From NCBI GenBank assembly GCA_963796685.1, contig CAWCMR010000025.1:1856001-1920000 (forward strand): a stretch of DNA of 64,000 nucleotides, given 5' to 3'. This DNA comes from an uncultured delta proteobacterium. Lineage in GTDB: Bacteria; Myxococcota_A; Polyangia; Fen-1088. Below, piece after piece: positions 46,984-58,000 of this stretch (its first letter is position 1; the number at the start of each line of letters is the position of its first letter). Below the pieces are notes generated by a model. The model saw only the letters and a list, made by a program, of their open reading frames with translations. It ran no database searches and had not been told where the DNA came from. The position numbers were made by a program, and so were the translations under genes.

Positions 46984-47712
46984 ATGAACTGGCCAGGTTC
47001 ACAGTATTTCCCCCATACCCCGGGTTACTTGCTGCTCTTCGCGTTGATCCTGGCAGCGCTGATGCTGCTCCTCCGCTTCGTCCTGCTGGACTACGCTCTG
47101 CTCGGCCTGGGGGTCAGTCGCCGAAGCGCGGTCCTCCTGCTCTGGGCCTCGCTCGTCGGTAGCAGCATCAACATCCCCGTGGCACGGATGCCGGCCGAGC
47201 ATCTCGAACAGGATACGACGGTGGACTTCTTCGGCATGACCTACGTCGTTCCTCACATCGTGGAGCGCGGTCGCACGATCATCGCCGTGAACGTCGGCGG
47301 CGCCGTCATCCCCACGCTGCTCTCGATCTATTTCGTGGCCCGTTTCGGCCTGCCGCTCGGCATGCTGCTCGCGATTGCCATCGTGACCTGGGTGGTTCAC
47401 GCCATCGCCTACCCGGTCGCAGGCGTGGGCATCACCATGCCGCCCTTCGTGGCGGCGCTGGTGTCGGCCGGAGCAGCCTTGCTGCTCGATCGGCCGAGGG
47501 CGCCGCGCACCGCCTTCGTGGCGGGGACCATGGGAACGTTGATTGGCGCGGATCTGCTGAACCTGGGTAAGCTGAACACGATGGGTGCCCCCATTGCGTC
47601 CATCGGTGGCGCGGGCACCTTCGATGGCGTGTTCGTCACCGGAATCACGGCCGTCCTGCTCACGGGCATTTCCTACGTGGGTCGGGGAAAGCAGCCCTGG
47701 ACAACCGAGTAG
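46984..47712 (+). CDS. DUF1614 family membrane protein
   Basis: GS.INIP, IAVNVGGAVIP, GTLIGADLLNL, SIGGAGTFDGVF. Confidence 0.92.
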   Translation: MNWPGSQYFPHTPGYLLLFALILAALMLLLRFVLLDYALLGLGVSRRSAVLLLWASLVGSSINIPVARMPAEHLEQDTTVDFFGMTYVVPHIVERGRTIIAVNVGGAVIPTLLSIYFVARFGLPLGMLLAIAIVTWVVHAIAYPVAGVGITMPPFVAALVSAGAALLLDRPRAPRTAFVAGTMGTLIGADLLNLGKLNTMGAPIASIGGAGTFDGVFVTGITAVLLTGISYVGRGKQPWTTE

Positions 47713-47731
47713 GCCGCGTGGCGCTGCCGAT

Positions 47732-49255
47732 TTAGAGCCGGCCCTCGCTTTTCAAGTAGCTCGAGAAGTCTGGGCTCGAGACGGACAGGGGTGGAAGCCA
47801 GGTGCCCAGGGCTTGCCTTTTCCACCAATTGCCTTGCGGGTTCCCAGGCGGGGCGAACTGGTAGCGATAGAGCACGGCCCGGATGTAGCGGGGCGGCCTT
47901 TGCGGAAAGGGGTTCGGTCCGAGAAGACTCAGCGCACCGGGATCGTTGTGCAGCAGCTTCCACACGAGGTCAAGGGTCCAGGGATAGTCGTCCGGCGTGG
48001 ACATGGCCGCGAACCACATCTGCCAGTCCAGCCGTGGCTGGTAGGGTGCGACTTGCGGAGGCCGGCGATCCAGCGCCGCGGGCAAGGCCCGGTAGGGGTA
48101 GGCCTTCCACACCGCGCTCGCGTCGGGCTCGGCCGCCTCGGTGCCCTCGAACACGACGTTCATCCGCTCCTTGCCCACCCATCCGAAGGCACCGTAGGTG
48201 TTGACCAGATCCAGCGGAATGAAGGACGTGTTCATGATCTGGCCTGGCGAAATGAGGTTGAGCACGGGCTCGACACTGAGGATCCCCACCAGCACCGCCA
48301 GCACCCGTGCCGTCACCTCCAGGGGCCGGCTTTCGCGCGCGTTGGCGGCGGCGGTCGTGGCGCGAGCCACCAGCGCGCTTGGCATGATCTTGGTCCACAG
48401 GCTGTCGTCGAAACAAGCCAGCGCCGGTACGATGGTCAACCAATTGAGGAAGGAAAGATTCCCGCTGAGGATGAGCGTGCATTGGAACAGCACGATGATC
48501 ACGCCGGCGCCATGCCGGGCGATGCGGGGTGCGAAGGCGAACCAGGGCGCGATCAGCTCGGCGAGAAACGTGAAGAGCACCCCCGCCTTCAAGATCCAAT
48601 GCGGCAGGAAGTGAAACCAACGGCTCAAGGGGTTGGGGATGGGCTGGGTCTCGAAGTGGTAGAAAAGCGCGGTCAGATCGCGCCAGACCTCATCGCCGCG
48701 CAGCTTGATCAGCGCCGAGCCCAGCATGATGCGAAAGATGAGCCAGCGAAAGAGCCAGATCACCAACCGTGGCGGCGCGCGTTTGGGGAAAGGGCGACCA
48801 TCGAGCAGGGGACACAGGAAGATGGCGAGGAAACCGGTTTCGAGCAATTGGATCTCCCAGCCGTACCCGTACCAATCCTGGCCCACGTGGACGAACGACA
48901 TGTACATCGCCCAGAGCACTGCCATGAGGATGGCGTTGGCGTAGCCGGCGGCCACCAGGCAGGCGAGAACGAAGCCGACCCAGGCTGCTCCTCGCAACAT
49001 CGAATCCGAGGACGATAGCCAGAAGAGCGAGGGCAGCTCGAAGAAGGCGGCGAGCCGGGAGCCGTATAGCCGTTGGACGTGGCCGAGGAACGAATCCACC
49101 GGCAACAGTCCATGCGCGCCGACGAGAGGAACGATTTGCTCGGCGGCGACGAGGAAGGCCACCGCATACACCAAACCCAGCAAGCGCAAGATGGCGAACC
49201 GCGCCAGCCAGTAGCTATCCTTGCGCTGCGATGGAGACGGGATGCCTTCCGCCAT
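47732..49255 (-). CDS. lipase maturation factor family protein
   Basis: GWEIQLLETGF, HFETQPIPNP, SGNLSFLN, NTYGAF, PYQPRLDWQMWFAA. Confidence 0.93.
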   Translation of the reverse strand: MAEGIPSPSQRKDSYWLARFAILRLLGLVYAVAFLVAAEQIVPLVGAHGLLPVDSFLGHVQRLYGSRLAAFFELPSLFWLSSSDSMLRGAAWVGFVLACLVAAGYANAILMAVLWAMYMSFVHVGQDWYGYGWEIQLLETGFLAIFLCPLLDGRPFPKRAPPRLVIWLFRWLIFRIMLGSALIKLRGDEVWRDLTALFYHFETQPIPNPLSRWFHFLPHWILKAGVLFTFLAELIAPWFAFAPRIARHGAGVIIVLFQCTLILSGNLSFLNWLTIVPALACFDDSLWTKIMPSALVARATTAAANARESRPLEVTARVLAVLVGILSVEPVLNLISPGQIMNTSFIPLDLVNTYGAFGWVGKERMNVVFEGTEAAEPDASAVWKAYPYRALPAALDRRPPQVAPYQPRLDWQMWFAAMSTPDDYPWTLDLVWKLLHNDPGALSLLGPNPFPQRPPRYIRAVLYRYQFAPPGNPQGNWWKRQALGTWLPPLSVSSPDFSSYLKSEGRL

Positions 49256-49276
49256 TGGGGCACCTTGATGGAGCCT

Positions 49277-50351
49277 CTAACCTGCCGCGTCGACGCGGAG
49301 CCCTGTCCTGCGAGGCCCAGGGAGAAGCCGGCCGGCATCTGCCCAAGGCCTCGGCTGCGGCCCATTCCTGGCAAAGGCGGCGAGCACGTCGAGCACGGTA
49401 GCGAGTGCACCCTGGGATGACGGATACGAAAGATAGATGGGCTGCCACTCGGTGGGACGAAACTTGGCCTTGAAGTGGCGAAGTCCGTCAAAGTTGTACA
49501 GAAAGGCCATTCGTTTGCGAGCGACACGCAACAGCAGGGGAACATCGCCCGAGAGCGGGGCAAGACCGAGCGTGAGCCATGCACAGCCTTGCTTGCTCGC
49601 CCAGCGCATGACGGCATCCACGAGAAGCTCGACCGTGCCGTTCGGTGCGGACGGTGCCCGCACCATGTGCTCGATGAACCAACCGCGTCGCTGGGGCACC
49701 GGGATGACGTAGACCAGCCCGACCAGGTGTCCTTCGTGTTCGGCCAGAAAACACTGTCGTTGCTCGGGAAACCGATGCGGCTCCACGCGCACCAGGAATC
49801 CCATGGGTGGCATCCGTCGGGTCGCAAGCCACCGGCCCACGAGCTCGTCGGTGGCGGCCCCCAGGTCGCCGCTATGCGCGCATGTGCCGTCGACGAGATG
49901 GCGAACCCGCACTCCCTTGGCCCACGTGCGGCGCAGTCTGTTCGCGCAGCCGCGCATGTCGTTCGAGCGTGTGGTCCCAATCGCGCGGATCCCAGACTGG
50001 CTGCTCGCCGATAGGCAGAGCCACGAGGGCATCGGAGGTTGCGCGCACGAACCGTTCTTCGCTGCCGAAGAAGCAGCAGCGTCGGCCCGCTTGTTGGGCC
50101 GCCTTCATGAACGCGCTGGCGAGCCCAGGCAAATTCTCGTCGGCCGCGATGGGCGGTCCGGCCGCTACCCATGCCGACCCTGTATCGACATACGCAACGC
50201 AGCCGTCGTCTCGAAATAGATACTGGTATCCTTCGCCCAGGGTCTGGAATGCCGTCGCATTCCAGCCGTGTCGCAAGACAAGCTCGAGTACCCTTCGGCG
50301 TCCATCGTCCATGCATGCGGATGCCATGTCCATGCTCCTGAAGCATGCCAC
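49277..50351 (-). CDS. DUF2156/aminoacyl-phosphatidylglycerol synthase C-terminal-like protein (frameshift near 49937)
   Basis: HGWNATAFQ, AAGPP, IGEQP.W | APNGT, LGLAPL, YNFDGL..FKAKF.P..W.PIY. Confidence 0.85.
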
Positions 50352-50389
50352 ACGTTCGCGACCGGCTCAGGCGAAGGCGCCGCTGGGGG

Positions 50390-50872
50390 TCACCTCCCGC
50401 TGCCCTCGCGAGCGGACGCGGCCACATGTCCTTCGACTCCGCGTGCGATGGGAGAGTGCTGGCACCTCACCCAGGCTTGCTGGCCGTCGCCATAGCTCTC
50501 CCTCTTCCAGATGGGAACGCTCGCCTTCACCTCGTCGATGATGAACGAGCAGGCGGCGAACGCCGCACCTCTGTGGGCCGCGGCGGCCCAGACCTTCACG
50601 GCCGTCTCTCCGATCTCCAGCGTTCCGATGCGATGCACGCAGGCGGCGGCCAACAACCCGAATCGGGCGACGGCATCGAGCACGATGCGCGTGCCTTCGC
50701 GCTCGGCAAGCTTCTCGTAGGCCGTGTATTCCAAACGGAGAACGGGCTTGCCCTCGTTGTTGTCGCGCACGATTCCCTCGAAGCAAACCGTCGCCCCGGC
50801 AGTGGTCGGAAGGGCAAACGGCGGCGTGGCCGGCGGTGGATCCAGGGATAGGACGAAGGATGATTCTGCCAT
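50390..50872 (-). CDS. moaE: molybdopterin synthase catalytic subunit
   Basis: GA...FEG.VR..N.G, HRIG.L, HR..AF, VPIWKRE. Confidence 0.93.
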   Translation of the reverse strand: MAESSFVLSLDPPPATPPFALPTTAGATVCFEGIVRDNNEGKPVLRLEYTAYEKLAEREGTRIVLDAVARFGLLAAACVHRIGTLEIGETAVKVWAAAAHRGAAFAACSFIIDEVKASVPIWKRESYGDGQQAWVRCQHSPIARGVEGHVAASAREGSGR

Positions 50873-50882
50873 GGCTCTTTCG

Positions 50883-51128
50883 TCAGCCACCGGCGACGGG
50901 CGGCACGAAAACGACCACGTCACCCTCGGCCAGGGGGCGGTCCCAGTCGCAGAACTGGTCGTTGACGGCTGGCCGAACATGTTCTTCGCCCAGCGAGAGT
51001 CCGTGCAAATGGACGAGGTCGCGATAGAGCTGCCGCAGGTCGCGGCTTTCGATGCGAAGGGTTTCTTTCGCCAATCCTCGCTGCTCGCGCAAGATGGCGT
51101 AGTAGCTCACGCAAATGTTCATGGACAT
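50883..51128 (-). CDS. moaD: molybdopterin synthase sulfur carrier
   Basis: YYAILRE..G, AVND, C-terminal PPVAGG. Confidence 0.93.
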   Translation of the reverse strand: MSMNICVSYYAILREQRGLAKETLRIESRDLRQLYRDLVHLHGLSLGEEHVRPAVNDQFCDWDRPLAEGDVVVFVPPVAGG

Positions 51129-51138
51129 CCTCCAGCAG

Positions 51139-52392
51139 TCACGGCCATGGAAAGAATCGTAGGGGGGCTCCCTCGGGCAAGTCGCCGTCCCCCGGTGAAA
51201 GCTCGGCAATTCCGTCGGAAGGGACCAGCCCGGCGAAGTTGCCCGAGCCCTTGCCCTTGCGAATCCTCAGCGCCGAGCTTCCGTCAGGGCGAGATGCGAC
51301 CAAGGCAGGCAGAAGCAGGGCGTATGCGGACTGCCTCTCGGCGCGGCTTCGCAGCGGCAGCGAGAGACTTCCGGCAAGAGGCTCGCCGGCCGCGTGCGGC
51401 TCGCCCCACGTACGCAGTCTCGGCAGCACATAGCGGAGAAAGCATACGAGCGAGGACACGGGATTGCCCGGCAAAGCGAAGATGACCCCGCCGTGTGGCG
51501 AAGCGCCGAACCACATGGGTTTGCCGGGTTTGTGCGCGACCCCGTGGAAGACACGCGTGCAGCCCAAGGACAGCAGCGTGGGTGGAACGAGATCCTTGCT
51601 TCCCTTCGAGACGCCGCCGCTGAGCAGCAGCACGTCGCTCTCGGCGAGGGCCTTGGCCAAGACGCCACGCATGGATTCTTCTCTATCCGGCACGTGCAGG
51701 GCTTCCGCGACAGGAAAACCGGCGCGTCGCAGGCAGGCTTGCAGTGCCACCATGTTCGACCTGCGGATTTGATACGGCAACGGCGTCGCCTGGATGTCGA
51801 CCAGCTCGTCCCCGGTTCCGATCAAGATCACGCGTGGGAAGGGAACCACGGGAACGCCAGCACAACCGACAGTGGCCAAGATGTGAATGTGGGGCGTGCC
51901 AATCCGCGTGCCGGACGGGATCAGGAGATCGCCCTTGCGGTAGTCGCTGGCGCGGGGGTGGACGTTCATTCCGTGCACAAGTCGGGTGCCCGCGCGCAGA
52001 CGCCAATGGGTGCCGTCCCTGTCGGACTCGAGGCTCTCCCAGGGCACGACTGCGTTCCAAGGTCCGGGCAGCGCGGCGCCGGTCATGACCTCGATGACGC
52101 CACCCGATTCCGACCGAGCAAGTCCCTCGGGTTTCGCCACGCCGGCGGGCAGTCTGCCCTCGATGCTGAAGTCTGCGCGTGCAACCGCGCTGTCCCTCGC
52201 ATGGTCGAGAACCAGGGCGACACCGTCCATGGCGACGCGGTCGAAGGGCGGCTGATCGTTGTCGGCGAAGATGTCGCGAGCCAGGACGCGACCGATGGAC
52301 GCGGCCAGGGAGGTTTCCTCGCAGGCCCTCGGCGTCTCCCGATTGGCCAGGGTCTCGTCGATCAGCCGGTCAGCTTCCAGGGTGGAGATCAT
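51139..52392 (-). CDS. moeA: molybdopterin molybdotransferase
   Basis: PPFDR.AMDG, MTGA, TGDEL, SGGVS.G..D, KPGKP, LPGNPVS. Confidence 0.95.
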   Translation of the reverse strand: MISTLEADRLIDETLANRETPRACEETSLAASIGRVLARDIFADNDQPPFDRVAMDGVALVLDHARDSAVARADFSIEGRLPAGVAKPEGLARSESGGVIEVMTGAALPGPWNAVVPWESLESDRDGTHWRLRAGTRLVHGMNVHPRASDYRKGDLLIPSGTRIGTPHIHILATVGCAGVPVVPFPRVILIGTGDELVDIQATPLPYQIRRSNMVALQACLRRAGFPVAEALHVPDREESMRGVLAKALAESDVLLLSGGVSKGSKDLVPPTLLSLGCTRVFHGVAHKPGKPMWFGASPHGGVIFALPGNPVSSLVCFLRYVLPRLRTWGEPHAAGEPLAGSLSLPLRSRAERQSAYALLLPALVASRPDGSSALRIRKGKGSGNFAGLVPSDGIAELSPGDGDLPEGAPLRFFPWP

Positions 52393-53557
52393 CGCGAATC
52401 CTGTGGAAGTCGGTCGGGTCGTTGCCGTTGTCGAGGATGGTTGGCGAGGGCGGATCCAGGAGAGTCACCGGTGAGTTGATGAGGCATTTGCGAGGGCAGG
52501 CGTAGCCCATGCCGAGAAACTGCAACAGGCGAGGGTAGGATTTGGGCTCCCAGATGGCGCACAGAGGCTCAGGAAATCCATCGTGGCCGATGAACGCCGT
52601 GGCGAAGCGGTACGGGTTGCGTCCGGCGAGCAAGCGCTCGAGGACCGCCCCGTCCACCCGCGGCAGATCGCAGGCCAGGACCAGCCAGGCGTGACCGGCC
52701 CCCTCGTCGCTCGCCAAGGCGCTCAAGATGCCGCCGGTCGGCCCCATTTCCAGAAAGCGGTCGAAGAGCATCGGGTGGTTGCGACGCGCGGATTCGCCAC
52801 CCTGGTCCGGCCGGCAAGAAACCCACGCCTCGGAGCAGTACCGCGAAAGCAGGCGGAAGCCCTGTTCGATCTGCGTACACCCGTGATAGTCGAGGAGCGC
52901 CTTGTCCCGCCCCATTCGGGTGGAGTGTCCACCGGTCAGAACGAGGCCGCGCAACGGAGCTTGCCGGCTCGACCAGAATTGGCGAACGAAGTCCGCGATG
53001 GACGAGATGTCGTCGCGGTCGAACCACGGCGTCTCGCCGAATCGTCGTCGCGCGACGGTCCGGGCGGCGGTCTCCTCGGGACTGTGTGCACGCCAAGGAT
53101 GGACCATGGCCAGCGGCGGGCTGGCGAGCCATGCCGGGTCGTCCAGAATCGACAGATTCTCGTCGAGGACCATGATGCGAGGCAGGTCGCTCGACTTGTA
53201 GCCTTCGACCAGCAACGCGTCGGCGGCGAGCAGGGCGTAGGGCACCATCGGCTCGCTATCGCCGTGGGCGTCGAGCCGGGCAAATCCGCCGTCGCCGGTG
53301 ATGACGATGGTTTGTGCTCCGGCGTTGTGCAGGCGATCGGTATCTTTCCCTGGATGATCCATGGAGAACTTGTGGGCATCGTGTTTCAGGTAGGCCAGGC
53401 GCAGATCCTTGGCGAGGTGGCCGGCCAGTCCCTCCAGCAACGTGGTCTTGCCGCTGTTCTTGTAACCGCAGACGGCGACTTCGAAGGGATTGAATCGCCA
53501 GGTTCGACGAACCTTGGCCGAGGCATGCTCGTTGTGCTCAGGGCCGTGCATAGTCAT
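52370..53557 (-). CDS. MobB-MobA fusion (molybdenum cofactor guanylyltransferase)
   Basis: GYKNSGKTT, KHDAH, VEGYK, then LTGGHSTRMGRDK, ACDLP, EPLCAIW. Confidence 0.9.
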   Translation of the reverse strand: MTMHGPEHNEHASAKVRRTWRFNPFEVAVCGYKNSGKTTLLEGLAGHLAKDLRLAYLKHDAHKFSMDHPGKDTDRLHNAGAQTIVITGDGGFARLDAHGDSEPMVPYALLAADALLVEGYKSSDLPRIMVLDENLSILDDPAWLASPPLAMVHPWRAHSPEETAARTVARRRFGETPWFDRDDISSIADFVRQFWSSRQAPLRGLVLTGGHSTRMGRDKALLDYHGCTQIEQGFRLLSRYCSEAWVSCRPDQGGESARRNHPMLFDRFLEMGPTGGILSALASDEGAGHAWLVLACDLPRVDGAVLERLLAGRNPYRFATAFIGHDGFPEPLCAIWEPKSYPRLLQFLGMGYACPRKCLINSPVTLLDPPSPTILDNGNDPTDFHRIRDDLHPGS

Positions 53558-54044
53558 GGTTGCCGCCGGACTTGGACAGAAGAAACAGCGAGCGGATTTC
53601 GATGGCATGGGACAGGGCCTTGCACATGTCGTAGACCGTCAGCGCCGCCACGCTGGCCGCGGTCAAGGCCTCCATCTCGACCCCGGTGCGATGGGTGGCC
53701 CGGCAATCGCTGATGATCTCCACAACGCCCGCTCCGGCCGCGCGAAGATGGACCGCCACCTCGTCGAGCGGCAAGGGATGGCAAAGCGGGATAAGCTCGT
53801 GGGTGCGCTTGGCGGCCATGATGCCGGCCAGGCTGGCGGTGTGAAACACGGAGCCCTTGGGACCGAGCACGTCCTGCGTGTCTGACGCGCGATCCAAGCC
53901 GAGCCGAGCCGCCACGTCGGCGGGAAACCAGACCTCCGCGCGAGCCCGCGCCGTTCTTCGCGTCGCGGTCTTGTCTGAAACATCGACCATCCGGGCTCGA
54001 CCGTTCGGGTCGACGTGGCTGAGCACAAGGGGTTCGCCTGTCAA
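53538..54044 (-). CDS. moaC: cyclic pyranopterin monophosphate synthase
   Basis: LSHVD...MVDVS.K, LIPLCHP, TGVEMEAL, YDMCKA, KSGG. Confidence 0.95.
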   Translation of the reverse strand: MTGEPLVLSHVDPNGRARMVDVSDKTATRRTARARAEVWFPADVAARLGLDRASDTQDVLGPKGSVFHTASLAGIMAAKRTHELIPLCHPLPLDEVAVHLRAAGAGVVEIISDCRATHRTGVEMEALTAASVAALTVYDMCKALSHAIEIRSLFLLSKSGGNHDYARP

Positions 54045-54045
54045 T

Positions 54046-55095
54046 TCAACCTCCGATGTAGAACATTTCGATCTTATCTTGCGCCACGGTGTGGGTTCGT
54101 TCGACGGAATATTGGTCGGCGCGCTTCGACCACAGATGGACAAGCGCCGCACGGACCGCGCTTGGTCCGCCGCTGTCTCTCAGCAGAGAGCGGATGTCGG
54201 TTCCCTGCTTGGAAAAGAGGCAGGTGTAAAGCCTTCCGTCGGCGGAGAGGCGAAGCCGGCTGCAATCGCCGCAGAACGGCTGCGTGATGCTGGCGATGAA
54301 TCCGATCTCGCCCGAACCATCGGCGTAGCGGTAGCGTTTGGCCGTTTCTCCACGATAGGCCCGATCGAAAGGTTCCAGCGCGGTGACCTGGCGCAGCCGC
54401 GCGAGGATCTCGGCGCTGGGAACCACGTCCGCCCTTCGCCAACCATTGCGGGTGCCAACGTCCATGTATTCGATGAAGCGCACGATGGTGTCGGGCTGGT
54501 GAAAGTAGCTCGCCATGGCTTCGACCTCGTCGTCGTTGGTGCCGCGGATGACCACCATGTTGATCTTCAACGGGTTGAACCCCGCGCGCCGGGCGGCGGC
54601 GATGCCGGCCAAGACCTTGTCGAGCTGATGCCCGCGGCCGCTCATGGACGCGAATCGGTCGGGCATGAGGGTGTCGAGACTGATGGTCAGCCGGTCGAGC
54701 CCGGCTTCCCGCAGTTGCTCGGCGAGCGGCGCGAGCAGGAGGCCGTTGGTGATGAGGTTGACCTCGATCTCGGGAGCCGCCTCGCGCAACATCTGGATGA
54801 GCCTGGCCAAGAAGGGCCTGGTCAGCGGCTCACCCCCGGTGAGCTTGACCTTGCGCACCCCGAGCCCGGCGAGGATCTGCACGAGCGTGGCGATCTCCTC
54901 GAAGGTCAGCAGCTTGTCCGACGGCAGGAAGGCATACCCTGGCCCGAACGCTTCCTTGGGCATGCAGTAGGTGCAGCGCAGATTGCAATGGTCGGTCAGC
55001 GAGATGCGTATGTCGCGCAAGGGGCGATTCCGCGCGTCCAGCAACGCGGGCGCGGATTCCGGCGTCGGCGGTCGTCGCCTCAGTTGCGTGATCAC
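54046..55095 (-). CDS. moaA: GTP 3',8-cyclase
   Basis: RISLTDHCNLRCTYCMP, TGGEP, FCGDCSRLRL, CLF, MFYIGG. Confidence 0.96.
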   Translation of the reverse strand: MITQLRRRPPTPESAPALLDARNRPLRDIRISLTDHCNLRCTYCMPKEAFGPGYAFLPSDKLLTFEEIATLVQILAGLGVRKVKLTGGEPLTRPFLARLIQMLREAAPEIEVNLITNGLLLAPLAEQLREAGLDRLTISLDTLMPDRFASMSGRGHQLDKVLAGIAAARRAGFNPLKINMVVIRGTNDDEVEAMASYFHQPDTIVRFIEYMDVGTRNGWRRADVVPSAEILARLRQVTALEPFDRAYRGETAKRYRYADGSGEIGFIASITQPFCGDCSRLRLSADGRLYTCLFSKQGTDIRSLLRDSGGPSAVRAALVHLWSKRADQYSVERTHTVAQDKIEMFYIGG

Positions 55096-58000
55096 GACAC
55101 GTTCTCCAGGGCACCGTGGCGAGGGATCGGCTTTTCCATGCGCGCCTTGAGCAAGGATGCGATCTCCGGGCGGCAGCTTCCACAACCCGTGCCGGCGCCG
55201 GTCGCATCCATTACCTTCTGCATCGTCGACGCGCCTCCTTCGCAGGCCTGGTGCAGGCTGCCCTCGTCCACGGACGTGCAACTGCAAACGATCTTGCCCC
55301 CGCCACGCGATGAAGCCGCCGCGCCCGTCCTCAACAGGGTTGCTCGCCGGGCGCCGAGCTCTTCGCCGCTGCGGATCAGGTCACGCAACGGCACGAAATC
55401 CGCGCTGTCGCCCACCAAGAGAGCGCCCACCAGGCGGTCGCCGCGAATCACGCACTTCTTGTAGATGCGGGCGGTGCGGTCCAGGAAGACGATCTCCTCG
55501 AAGCTCAAGTCGTCGGCGGGCGGCCTGGACACGCCCAGGCTGACGACCGAAAGACCGGCCACCTTCACGATGTTCTGGGCCATGGAGCCGCTGTAGACCG
55601 CCTGGGCGTCCCCGGCCAGCGCAGCCGCCGCGACCCGCGCTTGTTCTTCGGCCGCGGCGGTAACGCCGTACAGCTTGCCATCGACCTCGGCGACCTCGCC
55701 CAACGCGAGAATGTCGGGATCGCTCGACCGCATGGCTTCGTCGACCACGACGCCGCGGTTGACCATGAGGCCGCACGCGCTCGCCAGCTCGACATTGGGC
55801 ACCGTTCCCATGGCATAAATCAGGGTCACGTCGCGCAGGCACTCGCCTGAAGCGAGGAACACCTCGTCGATCCAGGTTTCCCCCTTCCACATGACCACCT
55901 GGTCCAGGAAGTGAATCCTGATGTCACGGTCGAGTAGCTCGTCGCGAAGGATCTCGGCGGCGACTTCATCGAGCTGCTTGTTCATCAGCTGGGCCGAGCG
56001 CTGGATGATGTGGACGGGAAGCCCCTTGTTTCGCAGCGCCGTCCCGAGCTCGATTCCGATCAATCCGCCGCCCACGATGACCACGGTTCGGCCGGTTGCC
56101 GCCGATTGCAGAATTTCCCGTGCGTCCGCGTAGCTTCGCAGTGCGTGCAGGCCGCGTTGGTTGCGCGGGGTGCCCTTGGGCCATGCTGCCCGGCTGCCCG
56201 TGGCCAGCACGAGCACGTCGTAGTCGTGCCACATCCCTCGTGCATCGAGGACACGCTTGCTCGCGCGCGCCACTTCGACGACGGCCCGCTGGCTGAAGAC
56301 CTGCACGCCGAGAGATTCCAATTCGTCCCGGCTCGACACGACCAGGGATTGCCAATCGACCTCGCTTTCGACGACCCCTGGCAGGCGAACGCGGTCGTAG
56401 AACGGCACTTCTTCCTTGCTGAACACCGCAATTTCATCCTCCCCATTGTCCTGCCGGTAGGCACGCAGGAAGGCCAAGGCGGCGGCACCCGCCCCGACCA
56501 CCAGGATCTTCCGTTTGGGGGTGCGCAGTCGTTCCACCTCGACCGCGGTGAATTTCAGGTCCGGCTCTTTGGAGACGGGATCCCAACGCGCCTCGGTGAG
56601 GTTGTTCGCGCGCACGGCATCGTCATCGAGAACACGGCCCCAGTGCATGGGGAGAAACACCACCCCCGGCTTGAGGTCCTCGACCAAGCGCGCCCGGATG
56701 CGCACCTCGCCGTGCCCGCCGCGCACGACCACGACCTTTCCGTCGACGATGCCGCGGGCCTTGGCGTCCTGCGGGTGGATGTCGAGGCGGGACTGCGGCT
56801 CGTGGCTGCGCAGCTTGGCCACCTTCCCGGTCCGGGTCATGGTGTGCCATTGATCGCGAATCCGCCCGGTGGTGAGAATGAGGGGGAACGCAGGTCCCGG
56901 CGGTACGGAAGTATTCCCGTCGGGGACCGCGTGGAGCTTGGCGCGTCCATTGGGGCGAAGGAATTTCCCGTCGGTGAACAAGCGAGGTGTGCCCGGATGG
57001 CCGGCGTGAGGGACGGGCCACTGCATGGAGCCTTCCGATTGCAGGCGGCGGTAGTCGAGCCCGCTGATGTCGATGGACGTGCCTTGCGTCAGCGCCGCGT
57101 GCTCGCGGTAGACGTCCGCCATGCTTCGGTAGTCGAAGTGCTTGCGCCAACCCATCTTGCGCGCGAAGCGGAGCAAGATCTCTGCGTCGGGAAGGGCTTC
57201 TCCGGGCGGCTCGACGGCGGGCGATAGATAGGTGATCCGCCGCTCGGAGTTGGTCATGGTTCCCTCCTTTTCCAACCATCCGGCCGCCGGAAGCACCACG
57301 TCGGCGAAGCGCAAGGTGTCGGAACGGCTCGAAATGTCCTGGACGATCACCAATTCCGCGTTTGCCAAGGCGCGCTCGGCTTTCGCCGAATCGGGCCAGC
57401 TTACGAGGGGATTGGTGCAAATCACCCACAATACCTTCAGGCGTCCCTCGCAAAGCGCATCCATCATCTCGCCCGCGGTGAGACCCGGTGATTCCGGGAC
57501 ACTGGGCACGCCCCAGAAGCGCGCAATCTCTTCGCGGTGGGCGGGGTTCTTCAGGTCGCGGTGGGCGCTCATCAGGTTTGCCATCCCGCCCACCTCCCTG
57601 CCGCCCATGGCGTTCGGCTGTCCGGTCAGGCTGAACGGGCCGTGGCCCGGTTTGCCGATCTTTCCCGTCATCAGATGCAGATTGATCAAGGCGAGATTCT
57701 TGTTCACCCCGATGGTGCTCTGGTTGAGCCCCATGGCCCACAGCGAGACGAAGCCCTTGGACGCTCCTATCCACTCGGCCGCGGTTTCGATGGCCAAGGC
57801 TTCAACGCGGCAAAGGTCGGCCGCCTCGGCCAGGGTGCGTTCAAAAGCCTTGGCACGAAGCTCGTCGAAACCCTCGGTGTGGTCGCGCACGAACGCGTCG
57901 TCGACACGGCCTTTCTCGATGAGCCTGCGCGCAATGGCGTGAAAGAGGACAATGTCCGTTCCCGGCTGGATCTGAAGATGCAGATCCGCCATGGCCGCGC

